A stretch of DNA of 62,662 nucleotides from Candidatus Fermentibacteraceae bacterium (GTDB taxonomy: Bacteria; Fermentibacterota; Fermentibacteria; Fermentibacterales; JCC-6): the NCBI GenBank assembly GCA_046485185.1, contig JAWOHL010000061.1, positions 1-62,662 of the forward strand, read 5' to 3'. Shown piece after piece: positions 1-8,132 of this stretch. The position numbers and the translations under genes are program-made. The notes below the pieces were generated by a model, which made no database searches, was not told the origin of the DNA, and saw only the letters and a list, made by a program, of their open reading frames with translations. The first letter of the stretch is position 1, and each line of letters begins with the position of its first letter.

Positions 1-45
1 CGCATGACGGGAAAGAAGCAGGTCAAGACGAACTGCGAGTTGTGA

Positions 46-882
46 TCAGGGAATGCAGACCAGCTTGACCACCTGAGTATCAGCCGTTCCGCTCAGCCTT
101 GCCAGGTAGATGCCCGGAAGCTCCGGTGTGAACATCGCCATTCCCGAAGAGACATCGATGTTCTGCACATTCCTCCCCGACAGGTCGAATATCTCCATGG
201 TGCTGCCCGGCGAAGCACCCTCGACGGTTATCATCACACTGCCCGTGAAGGGGTTGAGCTGGGGATGTATCCCGGGTTGCGGAAGAACACCGGATGTTTC
301 ACCCTCGGCTGCCGTGTTGTCGTATTGAAGCTCAACCCAGTCCCACCATGCAGTGGTTTCGCCGGCAAGAAGCCCCCACTCCCCCGCATGAACATCATCA
401 TCCGAATAGGCGTTCAACACCCATGTCTGAGAGGATTGAACGTGCTCAATCGTGAATGTCATGCTTTCGCCCATGCAGATAAAGACTACCATGTAATCTC
501 CAACGGGAAAATCGTAGTAAAGTGTCGTAAATATCTCATCAATCATGCCGTTGGAAATCCTTCGTATCCGTGCCAGGTTTGCGTCTGGTGACAGGTAGGC
601 ACACACCCCGGTATCCTGTGAGTCAAGCCTTGCTGCCACCCCAAAGGTGTGATTACCTGAGCCGTAAGCACTAACAACGCCGTCCTGGGTGATGATTTGA
701 CCAGGAAAAACCAAAGCGCTGCACATTGATTCAGTAACGCACCATGCGAAGCCACCTGAGGAATACCAGTTTGCAGGAAGACAACGTTCATCCCAACCAC
801 CAATCCCGCTGCTGAAATCGTCGTAAATCGTGACTGCAAATGCGAGGCAGACGAACACGGGCAAAACCACAAGAGCTTTCAT
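46..882 (-). CDS. Secreted protein with C-terminal T9SS/FlgD-like sorting domain (paralog 1; possible beta-sandwich passenger)
   Basis: 278 aa; N-terminal signal peptide (MKALVVLPVFVCLAFA); C-terminal 'NPF...EIFDLSGR...PGIYLARL...VKLV' CTD-type motif; ungapped paralog at 1019-1855. Confidence 0.75.
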   Translation of the reverse strand: MKALVVLPVFVCLAFAVTIYDDFSSGIGGWDERCLPANWYSSGGFAWCVTESMCSALVFPGQIITQDGVVSAYGSGNHTFGVAARLDSQDTGVCAYLSPDANLARIRRISNGMIDEIFTTLYYDFPVGDYMVVFICMGESMTFTIEHVQSSQTWVLNAYSDDDVHAGEWGLLAGETTAWWDWVELQYDNTAAEGETSGVLPQPGIHPQLNPFTGSVMITVEGASPGSTMEIFDLSGRNVQNIDVSSGMAMFTPELPGIYLARLSGTADTQVVKLVCIP

Positions 883-1018
883 ATTTGACCCTTTCTAAAT
901 AGACTTAATGCCGATAGATACAATTACTCAATAGTGAAGACGTATCGGAATGTAAAGGTTTCGATGGGCAGTGTTTCATTAGCTTTTCTCACTTCACCAG
1001 CCAAACTTGTAGACCTGA

Positions 1019-1855
1019 TCAGGGAAGGCAGACCAGCTTGACTGTTGTAGTTTCAGTCCCTGCGTACAACCGTGCCAAGTAGATTCCTGGAAGTTCCGGC
1101 GTGAACATCGCCGTCCCCGTTGATACATCGATGTTTTGAACAACCCTTCCGGACAGGTCGAACACCTCAAGGCAACTCCCTGAAGAGGCACCTTCGACAG
1201 TTATCATCACGCTTCCCGTGAAAGGGTTGAGATGGGGGAAAATGCCCGGGTGAGAAACACGGGAGCTACTTTCACCCTCTGCACCCGTGTTGTCGTACTC
1301 CATTTCCACCCAGTCCCAGCAGGCAACGGTTTCTCCGGCAAGCAGTCCCCATTCACCTGCGTGGTTGTCTATTACGGAGTAGGCATTAAGCACCCAGGTT
1401 TGGGAAGACTGAACGTGTTCGATATTGAAGGTCAGATTGCTTTCGGTACAGTTGAATATGACTATGTAGTCTCCTTCGGGAAAATTGTACATCAATGTTG
1501 TAAGTATTTCTCCCGTAGTGCCATTTTCAACTCTCCTTATCCTGGCAAGATGGTAGTCGACGGAAATGTACGCACACACGCCCAAGTCTGACGAGTCGAG
1601 TCGCGCTCCGACTCCGAATGTGTGGTCGCCTGAACCGTATGCACTGATAACCCCGTTCTGGGTGATGATCTGCCCTGGAAAAACCAAAGCGCTGCATAAA
1701 GATTCAGTACTGCACCATGCAAAACCGTCTGAGGAATACCAGCTCGCGGGCAGACAACGTTCGTCCCAGTCTGCAATCCCATCACTGAAATCGTCGTACA
1801 CAACAGAAGCTTCTGCAAAACTGGCAAGTGCAATCAACAGAATAGATAGTTTCAT
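1019..1855 (-). CDS. Secreted protein with C-terminal T9SS/FlgD-like sorting domain (paralog 2)
   Basis: Start re-assigned to ATG at 1855 (AGGAG RBS upstream; MKLSILLIALASFAEA signal); 278 aa, same length as paralog 1; ~74% identity in mature region by manual count. Confidence 0.75.
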   Translation of the reverse strand: MKLSILLIALASFAEASVVYDDFSDGIADWDERCLPASWYSSDGFAWCSTESLCSALVFPGQIITQNGVISAYGSGDHTFGVGARLDSSDLGVCAYISVDYHLARIRRVENGTTGEILTTLMYNFPEGDYIVIFNCTESNLTFNIEHVQSSQTWVLNAYSVIDNHAGEWGLLAGETVACWDWVEMEYDNTGAEGESSSRVSHPGIFPHLNPFTGSVMITVEGASSGSCLEVFDLSGRVVQNIDVSTGTAMFTPELPGIYLARLYAGTETTTVKLVCLP

Positions 1856-2030
1856 TTGTGTTCTCCTTATATATACGGTCATTTGTTTCACTGATGCATT
1901 AATCCTATATCAAGGAGTTGCAGAAAAGTAAAGACCCTCGAAAGTGCATTCCTCTGGTAACCCTCTTGACCCCTGCTCCCCGATTCACTAATTCATGGGC
2001 CTGAGGAGTCATTTCAAAAAAGGGGGGACC

Positions 2031-3935
2031 ATGAGGGAGACCTGGGGAAGCAGGCGGGCCTTCATTCTGGCGGCAATTGGAAGCGCCATAGGGCTCGGCA
2101 ACATCTGGAGATTCCCGTACATCGCGTACGCCAACGGCGGCGGAGCCTTTCTGGTGGCCTACTTCGCGTGCCTTTTCATCGCCGGCATTCCAGTTCTGAT
2201 GCTCGAGTTCGGCCTGGGACACAGGTACAGGCAGGCCGCTCCCGGAGCATTCAGGGGTATAAAGCCGTCACTTGAATGGTTTGGGTGGATGGCGGCGCTG
2301 CTTTCCTTCGTGATCGTTGTTTACTACGCCATAATCATGGGCTGGTGCATGAACTACACCTACGAGGCCGCCAGACAGGGATGGAGGCAGGAACCAGGTC
2401 TTCACGCCGACCCTTCCGTAGCCCTTGCCCCCACTGATCTTGCGGACATGGATGTTCTCACGCCGGTGCCCCTCGAGATGGAAGGAACTCCTTTCGTCTC
2501 GCCCGTGAATCGTGTTTCCGGAGTTGTGGCTGTCGAACCCACGACCCTTGTCGTACATGAGGGCAACATCTACGGTTTTGCTTCAAGGGCACAGGCCGGG
2601 GCTTTCGCCGACAACCCCAGTATCGATGAGAACCTTTCGATCGCGGCTATGGGAGGAGATGAAACAAGGCTTCTGGCTGGAATTCCTGCAGACCTTCTGG
2701 GCAGGCCCTTCATTTCTCCGGTGGACGGTTCCGAGGGGGTCGTGAGGAACATCTCCACCATTCTGATAGCCTACGACGGCGTTCTCTACGGGTTTGACAG
2801 CGTGGACGAAGCCAGCACCTTCATGGGTTCGCCGGGGGACTTCTTCTACAACCGGTTCCTCGGGCTGACTTCTTCGCCGTGGGACCTTGGAAGCTTCCGC
2901 TGGCCCCTTTTCATAGGCTTCGCCCTATCATGGGTTTGGATCATCGCAAGCATCTGGAAGGGAACCAAAACCGTGGGCCGCGTCGTCTACTACACGGTTA
3001 TCATCCCGTGGGTGCTGCTTCTTGTCTTCATAATTCGTGGGGTTACACTTCCGGGTGCGGCGGTGGGGCTTTCCTATTACCTCACGCCGGACTGGAGCCG
3101 GCTTCTCAGCGGCGACATCTGGCTGGCGGCCCTTACACAGGTTTTCTTCAGCCTGAGCGTTGGGTTCGGAGTGATGATCGCTTACGGAAGCTTTCTGCCC
3201 AAGAAAGCCAATCTGGCGGGAAACGCCTTTATCATCGGAATAGCCGATGCGCTGACCGCCTTCTGTGGGGGGCTTGCTGTCTTCAGCGCGCTTGGGTTCC
3301 AGGCGGCGCGTCTGGGAGTTCCCGTCAGCGAGGTCGTGAAGTCGGGACCAGGCCTTGCGTTCGTCGCCTACCCGCACATCATCTCCAGCCTTCCGGGGGC
3401 GGCTTTCTTCGGGGTTCTGTTCTTCGTCATGCTGCTCACATTGGCCGTTGATTCGGCTTTCAGCCTTGTTGAGGGGGTCACCGCTTCCCTGAAGGACAAG
3501 TGGGGGCTCTCCCACAAGCGGGTCAACCTGATCGTGGGCGGGACGGCGTTCCTGCTGGGGCTTCCCATGCTGACGGGCGCGGGGCTCTACATTCTGGACA
3601 TCGTGGACCACTTCATGAACAGTGTTGCCCTGGTGCTTGTTGTTCTTGGCCAGCTTCTGATCATAGGGTGGGCTTTCCCTGCCGAGAAGATGCGGACCTA
3701 CATCAACTCGAACTCGGGCATGCGCATAGGGTGGTGGTGGAACACCAGCGTAAGGTGGATCATACCCATGGGGATGTTCTGGATGCTGGCAAGCGAGCTT
3801 CAGGCCAGGGGGCTTTCAGCCTACGGCAACTTCGGGCTCAGAAGCCAGGACTTCCTTCTGGGTTGGCTGGTGGTTCTGATCCTGCCGGTTGCGGGAGACA
3901 TGCTGGCTTCCAGGAAAGGGGTCTGGAAGGACTAG
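2031..3935 (+). CDS. Sodium-dependent transporter, NSS/SNF family, with ~150-aa insertion in extracellular loop 2
   Basis: RETWGSRxxFILAAIGSAIGLGNIWRFPY, NGGGAF, QVFFSLSVGFG, GPGLAFVAYP are NSS hallmarks; ATG 2031 follows AGGGGG. Confidence 0.93.
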   Translation: MRETWGSRRAFILAAIGSAIGLGNIWRFPYIAYANGGGAFLVAYFACLFIAGIPVLMLEFGLGHRYRQAAPGAFRGIKPSLEWFGWMAALLSFVIVVYYAIIMGWCMNYTYEAARQGWRQEPGLHADPSVALAPTDLADMDVLTPVPLEMEGTPFVSPVNRVSGVVAVEPTTLVVHEGNIYGFASRAQAGAFADNPSIDENLSIAAMGGDETRLLAGIPADLLGRPFISPVDGSEGVVRNISTILIAYDGVLYGFDSVDEASTFMGSPGDFFYNRFLGLTSSPWDLGSFRWPLFIGFALSWVWIIASIWKGTKTVGRVVYYTVIIPWVLLLVFIIRGVTLPGAAVGLSYYLTPDWSRLLSGDIWLAALTQVFFSLSVGFGVMIAYGSFLPKKANLAGNAFIIGIADALTAFCGGLAVFSALGFQAARLGVPVSEVVKSGPGLAFVAYPHIISSLPGAAFFGVLFFVMLLTLAVDSAFSLVEGVTASLKDKWGLSHKRVNLIVGGTAFLLGLPMLTGAGLYILDIVDHFMNSVALVLVVLGQLLIIGWAFPAEKMRTYINSNSGMRIGWWWNTSVRWIIPMGMFWMLASELQARGLSAYGNFGLRSQDFLLGWLVVLILPVAGDMLASRKGVWKD

Positions 3936-5038
3936 TAGTTTCCAAGGGCCGGGCAGGTCGAGCAGTCCGATGAAACGCATTCGAGGTCAGCCCTGACCAA
4001 AAAGCTGAAACCCGAGTCGGGCTCGCACCTGTAACCGAAACCGCTCATGTACTGGTAAACTATGCCCGCCCTCTCCAGGTCGTACGGCTCGTACGCAACG
4101 GCGAACATCCTGAACCTCCTGGCGTCGGCCGCCGTCACCGCGAGCTGCTGCCACTGCGACAGCACCGCTTCCGATCTGGCGTCGAACCAGGATGGTCCGA
4201 TCACGCCCGAAAGCTCGGGGATCCTTTCGAGGGCTTCGCCCCAGCGCGAAGAATCCGTCTCGATAACCACAAGGGGGGGCATCTCGGCACTTGCGAGGTC
4301 GGCGGCAAGTTCAAGGCCCCTGTCACCGGTCATGCCGGTGAATACCAGAAGGTAAAGCGAGTCCTGGTTCATGGCGTTCCACACCCCGGGGTCTTCAGCG
4401 GCGTTCACCTGTCTGGGGTCGACGGGGGCTCTGTAATACCCTGCAAGCCCCCTGACACCGATGACCATGAAGTAGACGGCAACGAAAACGGCAAGAATGC
4501 GGGCTGCCACAGTGAACCATTTGCGGGCCGTGAAGAGCCCCGCAACCGAAAGGGGCAGCATGTAGACCGTTGTTCCGACGAAGAACCCCGCGAAGAGCAG
4601 GGCGCCATTCAGGGCACCCCCCGCATCGAACGCGCTTGTGAGGGCGATGAGGAATGCGGGGCAGATCGAGAAGCCCGTGAGTATTCCGAGAAGGAAGGGG
4701 CTGCCCGTGAACTTCGTCCAGCGTGATACTCCGCAGCCCCCGCATTTTTTGTTGACCCTCAGCGTGCTGACCAGAAGGAACACGCTGAAGAGAATGTACC
4801 CCGCAAAGGAGAGGGGGATCCTGATACTGGAAGGAATGCTGCCCCCCAGCATGCCTATGACCGCCCCGAAGCAGACGTAGGCCGCGAACCTTCCCAGGTT
4901 CAGGGTGAGCAGGACCAGAAGCGACTGCCGGCCGCTTCTCTTCTCGCTGAACAGGTACGCCGCATAGACCGGCCCGCACGAGGCCAGGCAGGACACACCC
5001 GTGGCGAGCCCGAGGCTCAGCCCCTCTGCAAGCGCCAC
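3932..5038 (-). CDS. DsbD_2/TauE-SafE-like multi-pass membrane protein with C-terminal soluble Cys-rich domain
   Basis: GTG start with GGGGAG RBS; SCLASCGP and GFSICPAF motifs in two hydrophobic repeats; C-terminal CEPD...CVSSDCSTCP. Confidence 0.65.
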   Translation of the reverse strand: MALAEGLSLGLATGVSCLASCGPVYAAYLFSEKRSGRQSLLVLLTLNLGRFAAYVCFGAVIGMLGGSIPSSIRIPLSFAGYILFSVFLLVSTLRVNKKCGGCGVSRWTKFTGSPFLLGILTGFSICPAFLIALTSAFDAGGALNGALLFAGFFVGTTVYMLPLSVAGLFTARKWFTVAARILAVFVAVYFMVIGVRGLAGYYRAPVDPRQVNAAEDPGVWNAMNQDSLYLLVFTGMTGDRGLELAADLASAEMPPLVVIETDSSRWGEALERIPELSGVIGPSWFDARSEAVLSQWQQLAVTAADARRFRMFAVAYEPYDLERAGIVYQYMSGFGYRCEPDSGFSFLVRADLECVSSDCSTCPALGNY

Positions 5039-5062
5039 TGTCTCCCCTTTCCGGGTTGAGGT

Positions 5063-6268
5063 TTAGATGTGGGCCGCAGGGTAGAAGGCCAAACCGCCCT
5101 GAAAGGAGTTCCAAACTTCGGTGTACTCCAGTTCGGAGGCCTGGCGGCGGATGAGGAACCATGCGGACAGACCGTTCTTCATCCTGTATTCCAGACCACC
5201 CCCGTAGGTTTCACGTCTGCGGGTGCCACCGGTGCCGGTGATGCTGCTGGGGCCCTCCCATATCCTTCCGTTCACGAGAACCGAAAGACCCCGGTAAACG
5301 CCCACACGGGTTTCCAGTTCGCCGAACCGGGTTCTGATGGAGCTTTCGGTGCCCTGGCCGTAAAGGCTGACGCTGGAGGGGTGTTCGCCCCAACCCGTGA
5401 AGGCGTACCTGAGCCTGGCGCCTGCCTGGTAGGCAGCAAGCCTGGTCACGTCTTCATCGAAGTCGATGGTCTGGCACACCGTGAAGTTGAAGGTGAGGTT
5501 CGGGGCAAGGGTCTGAACGGCCCGCACCCTTGCGGTGGCCCTTTCCGGAAGTGGTGTGCCGTTGTGGTCGTCGCCGGCCTGAACCGACCATGCAAGGTCG
5601 GCCATGACCTGTGTGCGGGTCGGCAGTGTCCGGGGGGCAAGGCTGGCCGCGAAGTCCACCCGGCTGTAGGTCTCGTCGAAATCGGCCCCTTCGATCGCGG
5701 TGTTGTGGCTCATGCCGCTGACGCCAAGGTCGACGCCAAGGGGAGTGTACCAGACGGCGCCGCCCCCGGCCCTGGTTTCTGCCCAGGCGAGGTCCTGGTC
5801 ATCCTGGTCGGACACGCTTCGGTCCCAGTAGCGGCCGAAGGCGCTCAGCCTGACCGTTCCGGGAAGTTCCCAGCCCAGGTTGAGACCGGGGCGCACCGAG
5901 CTTGTGCGCTCGCCGATCCCCTCGGATCGGGGCAGAACAACGCCGGAGCTGTCAAAGTCGGTGGTGAAGCGGAAATCGGGCCGCACCGTGAGGCCGCCTG
6001 CTCGGTAGCGCACTGAAAGAGTTGTTTCAGAGCGGTTCCGGGAAAAACGGGGAAGCGCCGCATTGTCTTCAGAGGCCTTCCTGTAGGTCTGGTCGAGTTG
6101 GAAGCGCCACGGGCCCTCGAACAGCCGGACTCCGGCGGATGCGTCGAGGTAGGCGCCGCCCCCGTAATTCACGCTGTCATTTGCCACTGATACTCGGGCG
6201 TACTCTTCAACACCCAGTGCCATGCAGCTCGCGAGAAGCCCCCAGAGCAGAACGATGACGGTTTTCAT
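5063..6268 (-). CDS. Putative outer-membrane beta-barrel protein
   Basis: True start ATG 6268 overlaps the upstream stop (TGATG); signal peptide MKTVIVLLWGLLASCMALG; many amphipathic alternating strands with aromatic residues; ends ...FQGGLAFYPAAHI. Confidence 0.6.
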   Translation of the reverse strand: MKTVIVLLWGLLASCMALGVEEYARVSVANDSVNYGGGAYLDASAGVRLFEGPWRFQLDQTYRKASEDNAALPRFSRNRSETTLSVRYRAGGLTVRPDFRFTTDFDSSGVVLPRSEGIGERTSSVRPGLNLGWELPGTVRLSAFGRYWDRSVSDQDDQDLAWAETRAGGGAVWYTPLGVDLGVSGMSHNTAIEGADFDETYSRVDFAASLAPRTLPTRTQVMADLAWSVQAGDDHNGTPLPERATARVRAVQTLAPNLTFNFTVCQTIDFDEDVTRLAAYQAGARLRYAFTGWGEHPSSVSLYGQGTESSIRTRFGELETRVGVYRGLSVLVNGRIWEGPSSITGTGGTRRRETYGGGLEYRMKNGLSAWFLIRRQASELEYTEVWNSFQGGLAFYPAAHI

Positions 6269-6510
6269 CAGAACACCGCTCCCTTCGGGCAGATCTCGAC
6301 GCAGCGGTAGCAGAGGCGGCAGAGCGTGGGGTTGATCACGGCGTCGCCATCCACGACCTCGATGGCGTTGTAGGGGCAGACCTTCTCGCATTCGCCGCAG
6401 CCTATGCAGAGGTCGTTGTCCACCACGAGACCCGTGTTATCTGTGGGGGCGGAACACGCGGCCAGCATAAGCAGGACCGCCAGTAACAGAGCCTCAGTGA
6501 ATCGCGTCAT
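6268..6510 (-). CDS. Lipoprotein 2[4Fe-4S] ferredoxin
   Basis: Lipobox LAAC after a hydrophobic stretch; CIGCGECEKVCP and CRLCYRCVEICP. Confidence 0.85.
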   Translation of the reverse strand: MTRFTEALLLAVLLMLAACSAPTDNTGLVVDNDLCIGCGECEKVCPYNAIEVVDGDAVINPTLCRLCYRCVEICPKGAVF

Positions 6511-6727
6511 AAGTGCACACCCCCTGGCAGAGCCCGCAGCCTATGCACTTGGCCGGGTCGATGCTGGATTTGCCGTTTTCAATCTCTATTGCATCAACGG
6601 GACAGACCCTGAAGCAGTCGCCGCAGCCCGAGCAGTTGTCGGACTCGACCCAGTAGCGAACCGCACCCACCGCTATGGCTGCCGTAAGAAACAGAACCAA
6701 AAGAATCCCCCCCCTGAAACGCATCAT
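6494..6727 (-). CDS. Signal-peptide-bearing 2[4Fe-4S] ferredoxin
   Basis: MMRFRGGILLVLFLTAAIAVGA signal; CSGCGDCFRVCP and CIGCGLCQGVCT. Confidence 0.85.
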   Translation of the reverse strand: MMRFRGGILLVLFLTAAIAVGAVRYWVESDNCSGCGDCFRVCPVDAIEIENGKSSIDPAKCIGCGLCQGVCTYDAIH

Positions 6728-7140
6728 TTCACCTCGAATTCGGCTTCTATCGGGATTTCTTCCTCGTTCACCCCGTAAAGCTCAAGGTTTTCCTCACCGA
6801 CCGTCACAATTGCGCCCACAGGGCACGATGCCACGCACAAACCGCAGAGGATGCACTTCTCGGGGTCGATCAAGGCCTTGTTGTCTTCGGTCATGCTTAT
6901 GGCGTCCACGGGGCATGTGGAGAGACAGAGCTGGCAGCCGATGCATGCCTCGGGGTTTATGATGTAGTCTTCGTTGAGCTCGACCGAACACTCCGTTGGG
7001 GCAACCTCGGCCATGATCCGGCCGAAGGATTTGACCCGGAGAGACTGGAAATCACCCTCGACGGGCGCCCATCTCAGTGTGAACAACCCGGCCGCAGCGG
7101 CAGCAGCGAGGGCAAGAACAATGAACGGGTGCTTTTTCAT
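6724..7140 (-). CDS. Signal-peptide-bearing 2[4Fe-4S] ferredoxin with FN3-like flanking strands
   Basis: Start ATG 7140 (GGAAAAGGAAAG upstream); MKKHPFIVLALAAAAAAG signal; CIGCQLCLSTCP and CILCGLCVASCP. Confidence 0.82.
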   Translation of the reverse strand: MKKHPFIVLALAAAAAAGLFTLRWAPVEGDFQSLRVKSFGRIMAEVAPTECSVELNEDYIINPEACIGCQLCLSTCPVDAISMTEDNKALIDPEKCILCGLCVASCPVGAIVTVGEENLELYGVNEEEIPIEAEFEVK

Positions 7141-7160
7141 TCTTTCCTTTTCCTTCCGGG

Positions 7161-8132
7161 TCAGCGCTGGGCTGGAGGAGGTGGGACTTCGGGCTGGGTT
7201 CCCGCGGGAAGCACCAGCCTTCTCACGGCCTGATTGTGCTGATAGTATTCGTCGGGGTTGATCACATCCCTGTAGTTCCAGCACTCAAGAAAACATTGTC
7301 CGCAGTTGATGCACAGGTCGTAATTGATGTAGACCATCCCGGGCAGTCCGTAGACGTTGTCGAGGTCCTGCCAGATGGCGTCGACCGGGCAGCCCGGCCC
7401 GGTGTACGCCCCGGAATCGTTGTACTCCATGAGCAGGGCACAGGTGGTGCAGGCCCCTTCGGGAGCGGTCGTCATGCATTTCAGACAACCCCCGAAAGGA
7501 ATGAAGTCGTAAATGTAAGTCACGATCTGCATGGGCTCGGATGAAACCTGTATGTCCTCGGAGGCTTCGGTCTCACCGAAGAAAGCCCTGATCCCCACGT
7601 AGTAGCCCTCGCCCATGCGGCCGCCTTCGATGGCGTTCACGGGGCAGGCGTCTTCGCAAAGGCCGCAGCTTCCGCAGAGGTCCTCATTAATCACTGCAAG
7701 GCCGTTCACGACCTCGATGGCCCTGTTGGGGAGGATGGGGCACGCAGCCTCGCAAAGGCCGCACCCGATGCAGGCTTCGGAGATTACCCGGGGCTGGAGG
7801 AACACCAGGGCTGACTCGGCGGGGGCGGGTATCTCGCCCGCAACAACGGCGCTGTTCCAGTTGTCTGTGGTGATGGGCGAGGTGGAAAGCCTTGCCTGGT
7901 ACCACGCGGCGCCCTCCACGGGCGTGAAGAAGACCGTGAACGCCTTGTACTCGCCACCCTTTATCCAGGTGTAGACCGAACCCAGTTCGGGGGACATGGC
8001 GGTGAAGCCCGTGTCCACAAGTACGGCCCCCGGTTGAACCGCCGCCGGCGCCATGGGGCGCGGGGTCTCGGTAAGGCACGCCGCCATGACCGCCAGAGCC
8101 ACAGTCAGGGCCACAACAATTCCCTTGAGCAT
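7161..8132 (-). CDS. Lipoprotein polyferredoxin (FN3-like domain plus two ferredoxin modules)
   Basis: ATG 8132 with GGAGG RBS; lipobox MAAC; CIGCGLCEAACP/CGSCGLCEDACP; second module CLKC..CTTC..CP..CINCGQCFLEC. Confidence 0.82.
   Translation of the reverse strand: MLKGIVVALTVALAVMAACLTETPRPMAPAAVQPGAVLVDTGFTAMSPELGSVYTWIKGGEYKAFTVFFTPVEGAAWYQARLSTSPITTDNWNSAVVAGEIPAPAESALVFLQPRVISEACIGCGLCEAACPILPNRAIEVVNGLAVINEDLCGSCGLCEDACPVNAIEGGRMGEGYYVGIRAFFGETEASEDIQVSSEPMQIVTYIYDFIPFGGCLKCMTTAPEGACTTCALLMEYNDSGAYTGPGCPVDAIWQDLDNVYGLPGMVYINYDLCINCGQCFLECWNYRDVINPDEYYQHNQAVRRLVLPAGTQPEVPPPPAQR

Noticed and set aside
6268-8132. Possible multihaem cytochromes
   Set aside because: No CxxCH motif; all Cys patterns are ferredoxin type
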